From: the human T2T-CHM13v2.0 reference genome, Homo sapiens
Length of the DNA: 64,000 nucleotides
Strand: one strand, 5' to 3'
NCBI RefSeq assembly: GCF_009914755.1
Contig: NC_060936.1
How positions within the stretch are numbered: the first letter of the stretch is position 1; every line of letters starts with the position of its first letter. Both the position numbers and the translations under genes were made by a program. A model generated the notes under the pieces. That model was not told where the DNA came from, ran no database searches, and saw only the letters and a list, made by a program, of their open reading frames with translations. Below are positions 15,029 through 31,630 of this stretch, one piece after another.

Positions 15029-15689
15029 ACATCTCTGTTCTTGACTGGAAGAAAAACGAAGGAAAAACGACCCTCTCTTTAACAATATTTGACTTACGTG
15101 CCTTGTGTGTGGCAGGTTCTTAGAACGGTGCCTGGCACACAGCACTTTGTTATCATATACACACTTACTCCCATATTTAGACATATTTATCTTTATATGC
15201 ATGCTAATGTATACACATATGTTCATATACATATGTGTATATATAGTTATTTTTGTATATTTCCATCCCTTTACCTTAGAAGACTTTCTAAGTAGCCTCC
15301 CTTGCACTTATTACCCAGAGTTGAACTACATGCCGGCCCCTGGATGTATCCTTTACCTAGAAGACTGGGGTCTCTGTGACCAATTTACCCCAATCATGAT
15401 TCATCTCTTGGGGTTGCTATAGGGGTCTGCCTCCCCTGAGATCAGGGCTTCCTGCAATCTGAACAAATGGGTTCTGATAGCATGGAAAGGGGAATGAATG
15501 TTGGATGTATAGCATCTATTACATATCATCTGGGTCAATTATCTAATCTATCTTATCAATCTATCTTATTTATCTATCTATTATCACTAATCTATCTACT
15601 ATCCATATTAAGTAAAATGCCAATTCAACTGTGCTTTTGTTTAGTAGGATGCATTTAAGGAAGGACTGGACACCTTGCTTCAGGATAGC

Positions 15690-15940
15690 TTAAATTCATT
15701 CATTTATTCACTGGGTATTTACTGAGCTCCTATTATGTCCAGGAACTAAGGACATGGCAGAGATAAAAAAAATAGGTAAGTAAATAAGATAGTCTCCGAG
15801 ACTGATTAGTGGTGTCAAGGGGAGAAAACAGGGTGATGGGTTAGACAGTGACTGGCTGTCCGAGTGGCTAATTTAGGTTGTTGGTCAAAGGAGACAGTCT
15901 TTTCTTTAGGGATGATGTTTGAGTAGATGCTGAGGGGCAC
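15690..15940 (-). mobile_element. L2 3' fragment
   Basis: cattcatttattca...tttactgagctcctattatgtccagg. Confidence 0.65.
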
Positions 15941-17189
15941 CTGGCTTAAGAAGGGCTGGAGATGGTTAGAGTTAGAGAAGGATTACTGGAAAGGGGAAGG
16001 GTCACTGATAAAAGGCCCTCCTGTGAGTAGCTTATGGGGCAGATGTATTCTGTGGATTCTGGTTTGTGAGATAACCAGGACTGTTCATGAGCAGGCTGGC
16101 TTTCAGACAATTGATTTTACCTGGTATCAGGATCCAATCATCCGTCCTTCCTTTCCTTTTGAGAGGAAAGGCACTGGAAGACAGGCTGAATGTGTCCTCT
16201 TGGTGCCTTTCTCAGTGCTCTGAAGTTGGCATCAGAGGTTGTCACTGGATGAGTGAATCTGCTAGGTGACTTGGGGGATTGTCTTTGATGTCTGTTTGCT
16301 CTGCCCTGCCATCTGTAACTCAGTGGCCAGTGTGTTCTCTTCTCCCACCTAGAGAAGGGATAAACAGTTCTACTTTGAAGAACTTACAGGTTTCTTAGGT
16401 GAACTCTGTAAAGTTGTGAAAGTTTGACCCAAGGCAGAATTCACATTGACATCATCAATTCAATGATTTGGGGAGAAACATGGGTAGAAGCATCTTCGTT
16501 CAATGTCTGGAGAATTCTCTATGATCTGTGGCTAGTCTGAATTCATGGTATAGGTGAATTCCTTAAATTTAGACTTTTGTGGAAGTGAAAATGCAAGATA
16601 CACATACCAAATAACTAGAAAACCTTTATATCACTTTACAATGCAGACTTTATTCCTTGATTTGACAAAGGGCTTCAAAAATTGACTGAAGTACTTATAG
16701 AAACAGTACTTAGGAGAGCCAGCACTTTCTTGTATCAGAGAACATCAGCGTTAGAAACAAATGTTGTTAGTTCCAAGGCATTATAGATCAAGAAGATGAG
16801 TCTAATCAATTGATGTATTAATTAAGCTATCAATTGATCCACCCACTCATCCACCAATCCTTTCTCCAGCAATTACTGTTTCTAGCCATGTTCTAAGGCA
16901 AAGGGCAAATGAACTTGACAAACAAGGTTCCTGTCTCACCAACCTCCCCTACAGAAGAAGCTAAGATGACAAATATATTAGTAGGTTAATTTGAGATGAT
17001 GATATATGATTGGAAGAAAAAACAGGGTGATGTGGTTTAGAGTATCAGGTTTTTGGAGAATGTACTAAGAATATAAATAAAATTAATCCTGTTTTTAGAT
17101 GATAAAGTTGAGTCTTTGAGAAAATCAGTTCCTTATGCAAGTCCACTCAGTTAGTGGAAGGCCCAGGATTCCAGGTGAAGAAAGACTGG

Positions 17190-17460
<271 letters not shown>

Positions 17461-18457
17461 TTATCACAAAGCCATACTGCAGGTACAGGGTCTGAAAACA
17501 ACCCTTACTGAGATAAGTAATAAGAAAAATATCCCAGGAGAAATATTTACTGAGAATAGAGAAGATGCGAGTTCCTGCCCTGGGAAAATTTTGTAACCTT
17601 GAGCCAGCCAGACGCCCTCCTGGTCTCAGCTTCCCCCTCTGTGTGATGGGGATGGTGGGACCTTTCCTGCTGACCTCCCGGGGATGCTGTGACCCTCCTG
17701 ACATGAAAGTGGTGTGAGCGGCATGGTGGCTCTGGAAGCTGAGTCCTATTACTTTCAGGGTAGGGAGGAGAGTGGCAGGTGTAGTTAGGAGAGGAAATTG
17801 CTGAAGTCAGTTATGCAGACTGGGGCTCCAGCTCTGCCATGTGCAGGAAGGCTGGCTTTGTCTCCGATTGACACATGCGTCCTGAATGACAGCTCCATGT
17901 TAAATGAGGCGGTGGCTGAATTCAGCCTGTCCTTGTTCCGAGTCCACCTGGAAATTAGATGAGACAGGAACCTGTGGGCAGCTCCACGTGTGATAAGGAA
18001 GCCACTGGAAAAGACTGAGAACCCATGGCCCTAAGTTCGAATCCAGCGCTGCCAGCCTCTCTGGGCTCCCGCTTCTTAATGCAAGGAAGTCACTACCAAG
18101 CCAGAGGCTGCTGCCAGCGTCAGACCTGGTGTCCACCGAGGGCTTGGGGTCAGGGAGGCTGTGCTTTCCCAGCTACAGAAAGCCCCATCTGATTGGTCCA
18201 GCTGCAGTCATGTGCTGGAACGTGAACCAATCACTGGGGCCCAAGGAATGCCAGGTGCTGATTGCCTGCTGGCCTGGGTCACCAAAAGCACCTTGGGAGC
18301 TGCGGGTGGGCTCAACTCCAGAATGAAGTGGTCCTAGCGAGGTCAGGGCTGACCTGGACCCAAGAGAGAGCAGATCTGGGGCCAGTGTTTATCTGACCTT
18401 AGGTGTCTGGGCATAGTCAGTGTATATCTTCCTGAAATAATAAGTCATTCCGTCCTG

Positions 18458-19600
<1,143 letters not shown>

Positions 19601-20649
19601 ATGCATTTTTTAAATAATAAGACCTGAAAGCCAAAATTACTCCTTGATCAATGGGATGCTGAATGGATGTTGTGTTATCAGGCATGAAAACAATCTCCTT
19701 ATATCTCCATCTGAGCTCTTAAGTGACTGTGCGTTATCAATAAGCAGTAATAGTTTTAGAGGAATCTTTTTTTTTTTTTCCTGAACAGTAGGTCTCAACT
19801 GTGTGGTTGAAATATTCAGTAAACCATGCTATAAACAGAGGGGCTATCATCCGGGCTTTGTTGTTTCATTTCTAGAGTACAGGTAAAGTAGATTTAGCAT
19901 TATTCTTAAGGGCTCTAGGATTTGGGGAATGGTAAATGAGCACTGGCTTCAACTTAAAGTCACCAGCAGCATTAAACAAGAGAGTCAGCCTATCCTGTGA
20001 AGCTTTGAAGCCAGGCATTGGCTTCTCTTCTCTAGCGATCCTAGATAGTATCTTCTTCCAATATAAGAAGATGGAAGTGTTTCATCTACATGGAAGATCT
20101 GTTGTTTAAGTATAGCCATCTTCAAAGATCTTAGCTAGATCTTCTGAATAACTTGCTACAGCTTCTCCATCACCACTCACTGCTTCACCTTGTACTTTTA
20201 TGTTACAAAGACAGTTTATTGACTTAAGCCTTATGAACCAACCTCTGATAGCCTCCAGCTTTTTTTCTGCAGCTTCCTCACCTCTCTAAGCTGTCACAGA
20301 ATTGAAGAGAGATAGGACCTTGGAATTAGGCTTTGGCTGAAGGGAATGTTGTGGCTGGTTCAAACTTCTATCCAGACCACTGACATTTTCTCCACATAAG
20401 AGAATATGGGGATTAAGGATGTTTTGTTTTCTTACCATTTGTGTGTATACTGGAGTTAGCACTTCTGATTCCCTTCAGAAACTTTTCCTTGGCATTCACA
20501 ACTTGGCTGTTTGGTGCCAAAGGCCTCTCTTTTGGCCTCTCTGCTTTTGACATGCATTCCTCATGAAGCTTAATCATTTCTAGCTTTTGATTTAAAGTGA
20601 GAGATGTGGGACTCTTCCGTTCACTTAAACACTTAGAGGCCATTGTAGG

Positions 20650-20988
20650 TGATATGGTTTGGCTGTGTCCCCACCCAAATCTCATCTTGAATTGTAGCTC
20701 TCATAACCCCCACATGTTGTGGGAGGGATCTGGTGGGAGGTAATTGAATCACTACCCCATACTATTCTCATGGTAGTGAATAAGTCTCATGAGATCTGAT
20801 GGTTCTATAAGGGGAAACCCCTTTTCTTAGTTCTCATTTTCCCTCTTTTCCTGCTGCCATGTAAGACATGCCTTTCACCTTATGCCACGGTGGTGAGGTC
20901 TCTCCAGCCACATGAAACTGTGAGTTTTGTTATAAATTACCCAGTCTTGGGTATGTCTTTATCAGCAGCGTGATACCAGACTAATATA
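20650..20988 (+). mobile_element. THE1-type solo LTR inserted in Tigger1
   Basis: tgatatggtttggctgtgtccccacccaaatctc...gactaatata; TSD gtagg/ttagg. Confidence 0.9.
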
Positions 20989-21207
20989 TTAGGGTTACTA
21001 ACAGACTTAATTTCAATATTGCATGTCTCTTCTCAGGGAATAGGGAGGCCGAAGGAGAGGGAGAGAGACAGGGGAATGGCTGGTCAGTGGAGCAGTCAGA
21101 ACACACACACTGTTAAGTTTGCATCTCACATAGGCATCGTTTGTGGCACCCTCAAAAGAATTACAATGGGAACATCAAAGATCAGTGATCACAGGTCACC
21201 ATAATGC

Positions 21208-21209
<2 letters not shown>

Positions 21210-21247
<38 letters not shown>
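21210..21247. repeat. (AAT)n microsatellite
   Basis: About 12 perfect AAT units. Confidence 0.95.
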
Positions 21248-21249
<2 letters not shown>

Positions 21250-21384
21250 GTTTGAAATAATTTTGGGAATTACCAAAATGTGACAGAGACTTAAGTGAGC
21301 ACATGCTGCTGGAAAAATGGTGCTAATAGACTTGCTCGATGAAGAGTTGCCAGAAACCTTCAATTTGTAAAGAACGCAGTATCT

Positions 21385-22113
<729 letters not shown>

Positions 22114-23279
22114 AAGCCCACTCACGTGTTTGAAGACTTAGGCAAAGAAAGGGTACGGCTAGATTTGATATAATACAGCTGTGAAGACAAAAATAGATTT
22201 GCAGCCAGCAGTTTCATTAATTTGAGTCCTGAAACACTATTCATGAGAGCGAGGGCAACACAGCGGTTCCTTTGAATGATAATAAAATAGCAAATTGCTT
22301 ATTTTATATATTAATCAATGCTTATGTATATTAAGGAAACGATGTTGAATAATTTATCACACGGATTGGAAGAATGGCTTCAATACTGACATAACACATT
22401 TGCTCTTGGTGCGTTCAGTGTGGAAAAAATAGAGAATAGGATGTAATTTTCATAGAGTTCTGCTCCTTGCTTCCTCCTTTCAGCATTTTCTTGAGATAGA
22501 AATTCTAAGATGCACTGAGTGGGAAAAGGGTTGTTTTCTGTTCGGTTTTCTCAGAAGGATGTGCAGCCTTCTCTTCTGTCCATAAGACAGATTGTTCGTG
22601 AAAGCTTCTTAATTAGACAAGCTCTTCTGTGGTGAGTTTTGTATTTAAGGGGAATAGGATAGGTCCAGGATTGAAGGGCTTAAGGAACTATTTCGATCTT
22701 TTCTTTTCAAGGATGTGCCTCTTGTTTTTTCCTCCTCCTAATTCACCAGCACTTACCACTTTCCTGTGTAGTTTTAGCGGGTTCTATAATATGTTGGTCT
22801 TTACTAATTTGTTCAAATGTTCTTCATATTCCCAGACTTGTGCTAGAACCCAGGCATTCAAAAGCACAAACACAAACATATCTGAGAGACAGCCACGCAA
22901 ACCCTGCTAGCATATGCTAAGAGGGGGCGTTTACAGAGTGTTATGGGGCATATTTGAGGAAGCGGTTGATTCTGACTGTGAAACAATGTTGTGTGGGAGG
23001 TGTGAAGGATGAGTAGGGGTTTTCCATGAAAAACTGAGGTGGGAGGAGGAGGAATACAACCAGTAACTAACCTTTTTTGAGCACGTTCTTTGGGGCCAGG
23101 CATTGTTCCAAGTGTTTTAGGTGCATTGCCTTAATTAATACTCCTGACTTCTTGAGGCATGGGTACAGTTGTGATCACCCTCTACAGATAAAGAAAGTAA
23201 GTCAGAGGGAGCTTAAATGACTTCTGAAGTGACCGAGCAGGATTTGCACCTGAGGCTTTATCCCCACCCCAAGTCCAGC

Positions 23280-24033
23280 TGAAACAGGAGAGTTCCCTGA
23301 CCCGCCTTGCAGGATGCAAGACAGAATCGTGGCTTGTCTGTTGAGCTGCCATGCATGCTCAAACCCTGTGTGGGAGGGGATACATGCAGATGGGCAGGTG
23401 CAGGAGCTGGGGCAAGTGCCTCTGGGCTCCGGCCCCACAGCAGCATCCAGGGGTGGGACCTGTGACTCCTGAAGCCCAAGTGTGCGTATGCTACAGTGTG
23501 CTCTTTAGCCTTGCCATCTGTGATGGCTTAAGTGTTAACCAGCTCAATGTCCCCTTGGTACCCAGGTGCTTGTCCAGCATCCAGGAAGAATCAGGTCACA
23601 CATGGACTTGAAGGGTGAATGTGAGGGTTTTATTGAGTGGTGAAAGTGGCTCTCAGCAGGATGGGTGGGGAGCTGGAAGGGGGATGGAGTGGGAAGAAGA
23701 TCTTCCCATGGAGTTTGGCTGTCCAGTGGCCGATGTCCTCTCCGACTGCCCCCAGCTGAACTCCTCTCGGCACACAGATGCTTCTTCTCTTTTCTCTGCT
23801 GCACTATTATGCTATTCTTCTCCTCTTTTGTTCATCTCTTCCTGGAGCCAGGGGTTTGGGGTTTATATGAGTACAGGACAGGGGGGCATGGAAGGCTAAA
23901 AGGCAACTTTTGGGTGTGAAAAAAGGAATGCCTGTTCTTATTTAGGGCTGTGTGTTTCCAGGCTTGAGGGTGGGGCCTTTGCCAGGGATCTGCCCTCTTC
24001 TACCCAGTATTTCCCTGTTTCTTGTTCATATCA
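23280..24033 (-). mobile_element. ERV1 solo LTR (LTR1-like)
   Basis: TG...CA ends, 4-bp TSD CAGC at 23276-23279 and 24034-24037; reverse strand starts tgatatgaacaagaaacagggaaatactgggtagaagaggg. Confidence 0.8.
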
Positions 24034-24678
24034 CAGCCATGAGCCATTGCACCATGTTGTTGGCTCTTCTAGGCAGCAGGAGTGCTGTGAGGAAGGTTTG
24101 AAACCTATGGCTACTTAGGGAAATTGTGTAAGTTTTATCTACCCCAAAATAATATATGCTACTTACCAGTTCTGCACCATGAGAAAATGACCAAAACCTT
24201 TAGTACCTGTGTTTCTTCACTAAATAGGATTAGTGGTAGTGGTACAATGCTTGCATTGGTAAATGAACCCACATAAATTCCCTTCTCCTTCACTTCCCTT
24301 TTGTTTCCTCTGAACAAATATTTATTGAATTGCAGATATTGGGGGTATAGTCCCGGACAATTGGAAAATGAGGTCTAATTTCTTATTCTGTTTCCTGTAA
24401 AATGCAGATAGTAAGGGTTTCCTCCTCATAGATTTGTTATGAGTATTGAATGAATAAAAATACGTAAGACATAAATAGTGCTCACACATCTTAAATGTTT
24501 TCTGATTTTTGTTGATTTTCACTCGTATACCCAACAACATTTCGAGCATTTGCTGGAAAAATCTTCTTAGATGTACCAAGTCTCACCAGGAAGCCTCATT
24601 GGACATGGCGGGGTTGAGAGTTCCCTGTGGGGATCTGTTCTGAGGGGCATTCTGTTCAGCGTTTAGCACCAAATGTGA

Positions 24679-25198
<520 letters not shown>

Positions 25199-26297
25199 TG
25201 TCTTTTTGGCTGACAACCACAGCCTGCTTTCACTTGGCTGACTTGCTAGTTCTCATTGTTTGTCTCCCTCCATTTGTCCATGGCCCTCTGCCCTTTTCTC
25301 AATTTGTCTCACCCCACCTGTCTTTCTCTCTATCTCTCTCTCGCTGTCATTCTCTGTCTATAGAGCTGTCTAATGTCTCTATCTGTATATCTGTGTCTCT
25401 TTCTCTCTCTTTAGGACCCTATGCTCTCTCCCCTCTTTCCCTTTTCCTGTCTCCCTTCCTTTCTCCTTCCTCATCTCCTTCTTGCTCTGACCCCTGCCCC
25501 ACGCATCTCTTTCCCTCCCCGCTTCATCCATCGGTCCATGGGGCCTAACCAAAGGACTGGGGACCAACGGAGCCTCCAGCCAAGGCTCTTCCTGCTCACT
25601 GCAGTCACCAAGGCACCAGTCAGCTCACAGGAATGATACAGGAAGGCTTATTCATATTTAAATAAAGTTATGAGTTCAGGCTTGGGTTTTGATAGAGCTA
25701 AGTGCTTCCTCGACCATTTCTCTCCGTAATGCCATCCACTCAGTTTTAGGTTTTAACTGAACAGGTGCCATTTGCTTGCCGGTCCTGTGACAGCCAGAAG
25801 CTGTGTGAAATTTTAATGTAGCTCAAGCTGGATGAGAAGACTTTTTTTTTTCCCCCAGGCAACAAAGAAATGTTTTTAACAGGTTACAGTTCTAATTGAA
25901 GGAGTGCTAGTATGATAGGTGGTGCAAGGAATTAGAGAATACACACGTAATTATTACTCAGCGCTGGAGCTGGGATGTGTGAATGAACAGGGCCCACCTG
26001 GGTTGGTAGAGGCAAAGGGAGGAAGGACACCTCGGAGCCAGCCCAGGGTCTAACCTTGCGTGCGTCTGTCTCTCTCCCTGACCCTCTCATTGTGTCTATA
26101 ACTCTGGCTTTCTCTGTCTCTAAGCTCCAGCACCCCATCTTTCTAACTCATCTCATTCTCTCTGTCTAGCTTTGTTTAAACATGTGTGTTTTGTCTTCTG
26201 TCTCAGTCTGTTTCTCTGTGTTGCATGTAAGCTGTGGGCTCTCTGCTTTTGTCTGTGTATCTGTCTCTCTGTCTCATTCTCCCTCTTCCCTTTTCTT

Positions 26298-26421
26298 TTT
26301 TTACTTTTAATTTTTGTGAGCACATAGTAGGCATATATATTTATGGGGTACATGAGATGTTTTGATACAGGCATGCAATGCATAATAATCACATCAAGGT
26401 AAATGGGGTATCCATCCCCTC
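26298..26421 (-). mobile_element. L1MA 3' terminal fragment
   Basis: tatatttatggggtacatgagatgttttgatacaggcatgcaatgcataataatcacatc. Confidence 0.8.
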
Positions 26422-29219
26422 CAGCACTTCTTCCTTGTCTTCTTCTCACTGGGAGGAGGGGGTCTCTCCATGAATCTTCAGCCACTCCCCTTTGGCCCAG
26501 AGCCAGAGGTTTTCCCCCATGCAATGCCTGATAGACTCCCGCTCTCAAGGTCAGCCCTTATCAGCCTCGTCAGATGGAGACTGGGGTGCTGAGTGCTAAC
26601 AGATCATCACAGCCTCACTCTGCCGCCTTATATTCTATCAGATACAGAGACTGAGCCATGGATAGAATCTCCTCAAGTGTCGCATACCTTTCTTCCCCCC
26701 TCTGGCTCTTTTGATGGTTCTTGTTTAAATATCCAATACTAATTTCAGAGCTTTTACCACTCACTTTGTAGGTCACAATGGCTTCCATTTGTTGCATATC
26801 CTAAAGAAGCGGGTGTGTAGCTGGTCATGATTTGAGTGACCACATTTACTTTGATTAATTATTTGCCCTTTATGTGGGTCTCTTGCTAAATGCAAAATTT
26901 ACTATGACGTGGTACAATTCTACTCTGGTACCAGCAGAGTAAAAACAATCACACTTTATCTCTGACCTCGATGACCACAGCAATTGTATCCTTTTGCAGT
27001 GTGATTCGCACCCAGTTCTCTGGGGCAGCGGTCAAGAGCATGTGTTTTGGGGTTGGGCGAGTCCCAGCTCAGCAGCTAACTTGGTGGGTGACCTCAAGAG
27101 GCTCAGTTTCCTCTTCTGTAAAGTGGGGTAATGACAGTAGCTGCTCTGGGCATTGCTCTTTCTGTCTCAGTGTCTATCTGGGCTGCTCTGCTCATGTCCG
27201 TTGCCTGCTTGGCTTTTGTGGGCATTTGTGTTATGCCCCAGCTCTACTGGGGGTTCCCAAGCTGGCATTTCCCCCAGTCACTCAGCAGTATCACCATTGC
27301 TTCCCCAAAGCATCTTCCTATCCCCAGGAAGCTGGTATGCTGGATATTATCGCCCCACCTTACAGAAAAGATTATTGCTGGCCCAGGGTCACCTAGGAAA
27401 TTGGTAGCAGCATCCAGGACTTTTGACTCTGAGTTCAGTGCCCATCACAGTGGCCTCGGATGCCCTCTTAGCACTTAGTTGCAGGTTCCTTGAGGGATGG
27501 GCTTAAGATCTGGTGTCCATCCGCAGCTGGTAAGGTGAAACATTTGTGCAGCTGAGGATGTCCTTTTTACCATGGGCTACTTTTATCAGTGTCCCACTTA
27601 CCTTCCCTATGGGACTTAGGATGCAGGGGACATGGATATTTTTAGAGCTCTTGGTTAAGACTCTTCTGGTGGTAACAGAAACCAACTAGGGCCAATGAAA
27701 GCATAAAGGAGAATTAATGTTGAGGACACATCCTGGAATCCAAGGGCAGGGAAGGAGCGGGGCACAAGGAATGAACTGGAACCAGCACGGGAGCTCCTTA
27801 GGAAGCTTGACCAACCCCCCCATCTCTCTGCTTGCCACTCTCCTGGCAGAAAATGGCCAACAACTGCTTCTTAGTTTATATTCCTTACTTTCTGGAGAGG
27901 CGTCAGAGGCTGGAATCTCTTCATTTTCATTCCAAATTCTTTACAGAAAGGGCTCATTGGTTCAGCATGGTTCATTACTCATATCTGGACCAATCCATGG
28001 TGACTTGAAGGGGGAGGCCATTTTGCATAAAGCAGTGACATGGAGCCTTGTCACTATTATGATAGTGTTGGGGGGGAAGGGAAGGAAGGTTTCCAGAAGA
28101 TGCTCCTTATGTCACTATTGAATGGTTTTACCTGCATTCGGCTACGTTTGAGATCCTACTCCACCCCGGGCAGTATGCGAGCCAATGGGAAAAAAGAAAC
28201 CTGGTCCTTGTCCCCAAGAAGTTTGCAGTCTAGTGACTTTAATGGGTTGAGTTTCCATTTCTTGTAGAACCTCCATATGTACTGAGAGCTGTAGGGCCTT
28301 ACGTATTTGTAGTCTGTTGTTTCAGCAGTGGAGGAACTGTTGTTCCTCCTTCCCTGTGAGGTAAACTTGCCTGTAAGGCCTACTGCATGACCATCTTCCC
28401 TGTGAGTGACCCTCAATCGTGTCAGTTAAGCAGCACTTACCACCTCACTGCTCTTAGTTACTGGTTAATGAACTTACCTGGGCACTGGATAAAGCTCATC
28501 CCCAACAGCCTTTGCTTCTTCCATCTGTTGTCACCACCTGGGAGACACAGGTCGGTCCTTAACAGAGTCACATTTTATTGCTCTGTCTCTGAGTGCTATC
28601 CTATTTGAAATAATTTTCTTTGTGTTATTCAGAGACTCAGAAAGAGCTGAATTTTGAAATCACTTTCTGCCTCGTAGATAATAAATGATCCGAGTCTAAA
28701 AATAGCCATCAAGTTGGGGGAGCTGGCTGATTTCAGCGTTATATAATACACAACAGTGGGATTGAAAAATCAGTATTTAAATTGGAGCCAACATCCTTGC
28801 TTATCTCTGAGTGAAATTTACATCTGCCTTGCGATTTTAAAAATCAGAAGTCAAGGTGTCTGAGGGCCCAATGTGGTCAGAATTAGATTCCTACTCAGAG
28901 GCTGACATTTCTGTGCTAGGGATCAAAGAGTGTAGGTGGCCAGGCCTTGGGGTTGTGGGCCAGAACCTCACAGGCTGGAAGAGCAGCTGGAGTGGAACAC
29001 ACTGGAAGTCACACGTGGTTGTGACTTGGGCCTTTGTGGCTACTTAGCTGTTTCTACTAAAAACTAAGTTTTGTATCTATAAAATATATTTTTAAACATT
29101 TCAAATTAAAAAATCTGTATAAAGCTATCTTTTAGGCTGAAAGCTTTCTTTTGAGCTGGGAAAAGAAATGCGATTGTTAGGTTTGTTTTCCAAGTGAGGA
29201 GCTGAGAGGAGACCCAGCG

Positions 29220-29600
29220 CAGCAGCCGGGATCGGGGACTCTGGTGTCAAATGTTTTTGCTCCCATCCTGGCTCTGCAGCTTAGCAGCGGAGTGATTCTG
29301 GCCAAATCATGGAATCTTTCAGCTTCAGTTCCCTCATTTGTAAAATGAGGATAAAAATAGTAATGCTTCAGTAGGGATGCTTGAGGATTAAATAAGATGT
29401 TAATAAGACCAGTTAGTGTTTATCAGGTACTTACAATATACCAGGCACTGTTGTTGGGCACTTTGTTGGTTATCAAATGTTGATACCTATTGTAGTTTAT
29501 TGTTATAAATATGCATTATTATTAACAAATAATGCATGTAAATAACTTGGCACAGTGCCTGGAACTTATCTAAGTGTTTAAGAAAAATTAGTTGTCACTA
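29220..29600. mobile_element. MIR fragments
   Basis: cagttccctcatttgtaaaatgaggataa core; ttggcacagtgcctgg. Confidence 0.7.
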
Positions 29601-29779
29601 ATTATGTTTGTTAGGCACTTACCACATCCTGCATCTTTATGCATTTATTTATTGATTCATCTCTGTTGCCTGTTCTCTTGGTTATATCTTTGAGTCTGAA
29701 CAAATGTGTTTCCCAAATACCTTCACTAAAATCCCCCAAATGTGCATATTCTCTCTTTCAACACAAAGACACATTGTTG

Positions 29780-31630
29780 TTATTTTAATGAACTGCTTGA
29801 GAGTAAGTTACACACATGATGATCCTTTTTCTGTAAATAGGTTTGTGTAAATTTCCTCAAAACTCTTACGTAAGTAGAGTGAAATGTCAGTATCAGGAAA
29901 TGAATGTCAATGCAAAGTGTTATCTTGTTCCCAGACCATATTCAAATTTTATCTATTATTGCACTAATATCCTTTATAGCAAAAGAAAAATACATTTTTC
30001 TGTTTGAGGATTCAATTCAGGATCACACATTGCATTTGTTGTGTCCTTTAATCTGGAACAGTTTCCTAGTCTTTGTCTTTTAGGCTGTGACATATTTGAA
30101 ATGGACAAAATGTGCCATATTGGGTTTTGTCTGATATTTCCTTATTATTAGATTCAGTTTACATGATTTTTGTCGAAAACAGTCCAGAAGTGATGCTATC
30201 TCCTTTTCAGGACATACAATGCATATTTATCCCATTGCTAGTGATGTTGTCTTTGATCACATGGAAAACAGGGTGCTATGGTCTGTGTGTGTCTCCCAAA
30301 ATCCATGCGTTGGAAACTTAATCCTGAATGCAACAGCACTGGGAGCTGAAGCCTTTTGGGAGGTGTTTATGTCATTAGGGCTCTGCCCTCATGAATGAAT
30401 TAATGCTGTTATAAAAGGGATTGACCAAGAAGTTCATTCCTTTTTGCCCTCTGCCTTCTGCAATCCTCTCCAGAGGCTACGCCGTTCAAGGCACCATCTT
30501 GGAAGCAGAGGGCAGCCCTCACCAGATGCTGATGCCTTGATCTTAGACTTCCCAGCTTCTATCACAGTGAGGAAAAAATTTTGTTCTTTATAAATTACCC
30601 AGTCTGTGGCATTCTGTTATAGCAGCACAAAATGGACCAAGACAGGTGGTATATGCTAGGTTTAGACACCATAAAGTTACTGTTTTCCCTTTGAAATTAA
30701 TGTTTCTTTCACAGAGATACTTTGGCACTATGAAAATGTCCTGTTTCTTATCATCCTTTCAATCAGTAGTAGAGCCCATTAATGATTCTTGCCTGAAACA
30801 ATTATAGTAATAAATAGTGATTGCCAGGTGGTGATATTCTAGCTTCATCATTCCTTTTGATATTTATTAGCTGGAATTCTACTCTAAGAATCAATCTTCC
30901 TTTCTTCACTGTTTGTTTATGACAATATGGACTCAGAAGCTTATTTTATTCTACAGATTATAATTGACTACTGTGATTATTTACTGTGATGCTAAAATTG
31001 TCCCAAACTGGAAGTGGGTGCCCCTTCACTCTGCCTCTTGTGTCCTTTTGACATTTTTTTTGAGCACTTTGTTACTTTCTGCCTCTACAGGATATATCAG
31101 GCTCATGTTCTTGTACTTTCTTTGTCTTGGCACTTAAATCAGCCATTTCTCTAAGGAGCTCTGTTTTCTTTTATTGGAGACTGGTTTTTAGAGCTCCATT
31201 CTGGGTACTAGGTGTGCTGATTGCTAAAGGGGTGTTATATCTAAGCCCTCTCAGTGAACAGAACTAGGAAAAAACTATATACATGTGTACATATATACAC
31301 ACCTACGTTATACATAGGTAGACACATGTATGTCCCTGCTCCTGTGATTTTGTGATGGTACTTCCCATCCCAGTTCATGATTGCAGAGTTCACTCTAACT
31401 CCTTCTCCTTTCCATTTTTAAACTCAATTTTCTAGCAGTGAGAATCCTGGCTCTCATTACCCAACACATATTGTTTGCTCAATCCTAGAATACTAAAGCA
31501 GTTTTAGAATTGCTAACCCATACTGCTGTGGAAAACAAACCTAACTAGAATTCAATCTGTGTTTACAGTTATTTTTATCTTTAGCCTGAGAGTACATAGT
31601 CAAAATAATGTGCCGAAAGTTACTTGCGAC
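29780..31630 (-). mobile_element. Old L1M (L1MC/ME-like) 3' region
   Basis: caggatcacacattgcattt, cagccatttctctaaggagctctg, gttttagaattgctaaccca motifs. Confidence 0.65.
30274..30644 (+). mobile_element. MST/MLT1A-type solo LTR nested in L1M
   Basis: tgctatggtctg...gttatagcagcacaaaatggaccaagaca. Confidence 0.8.

Noticed and set aside
15210-15241. 13-bp-arm hairpin tatacacatatgt/acatatgtgtata
   Set aside because: Expected by chance within TA/CA low-complexity sequence.
26971-27478. Three overlapping ORFs of 84-141 aa
   Set aside because: They overlap MIR fragments and low-information sequence, with no homology or convincing exon structure.
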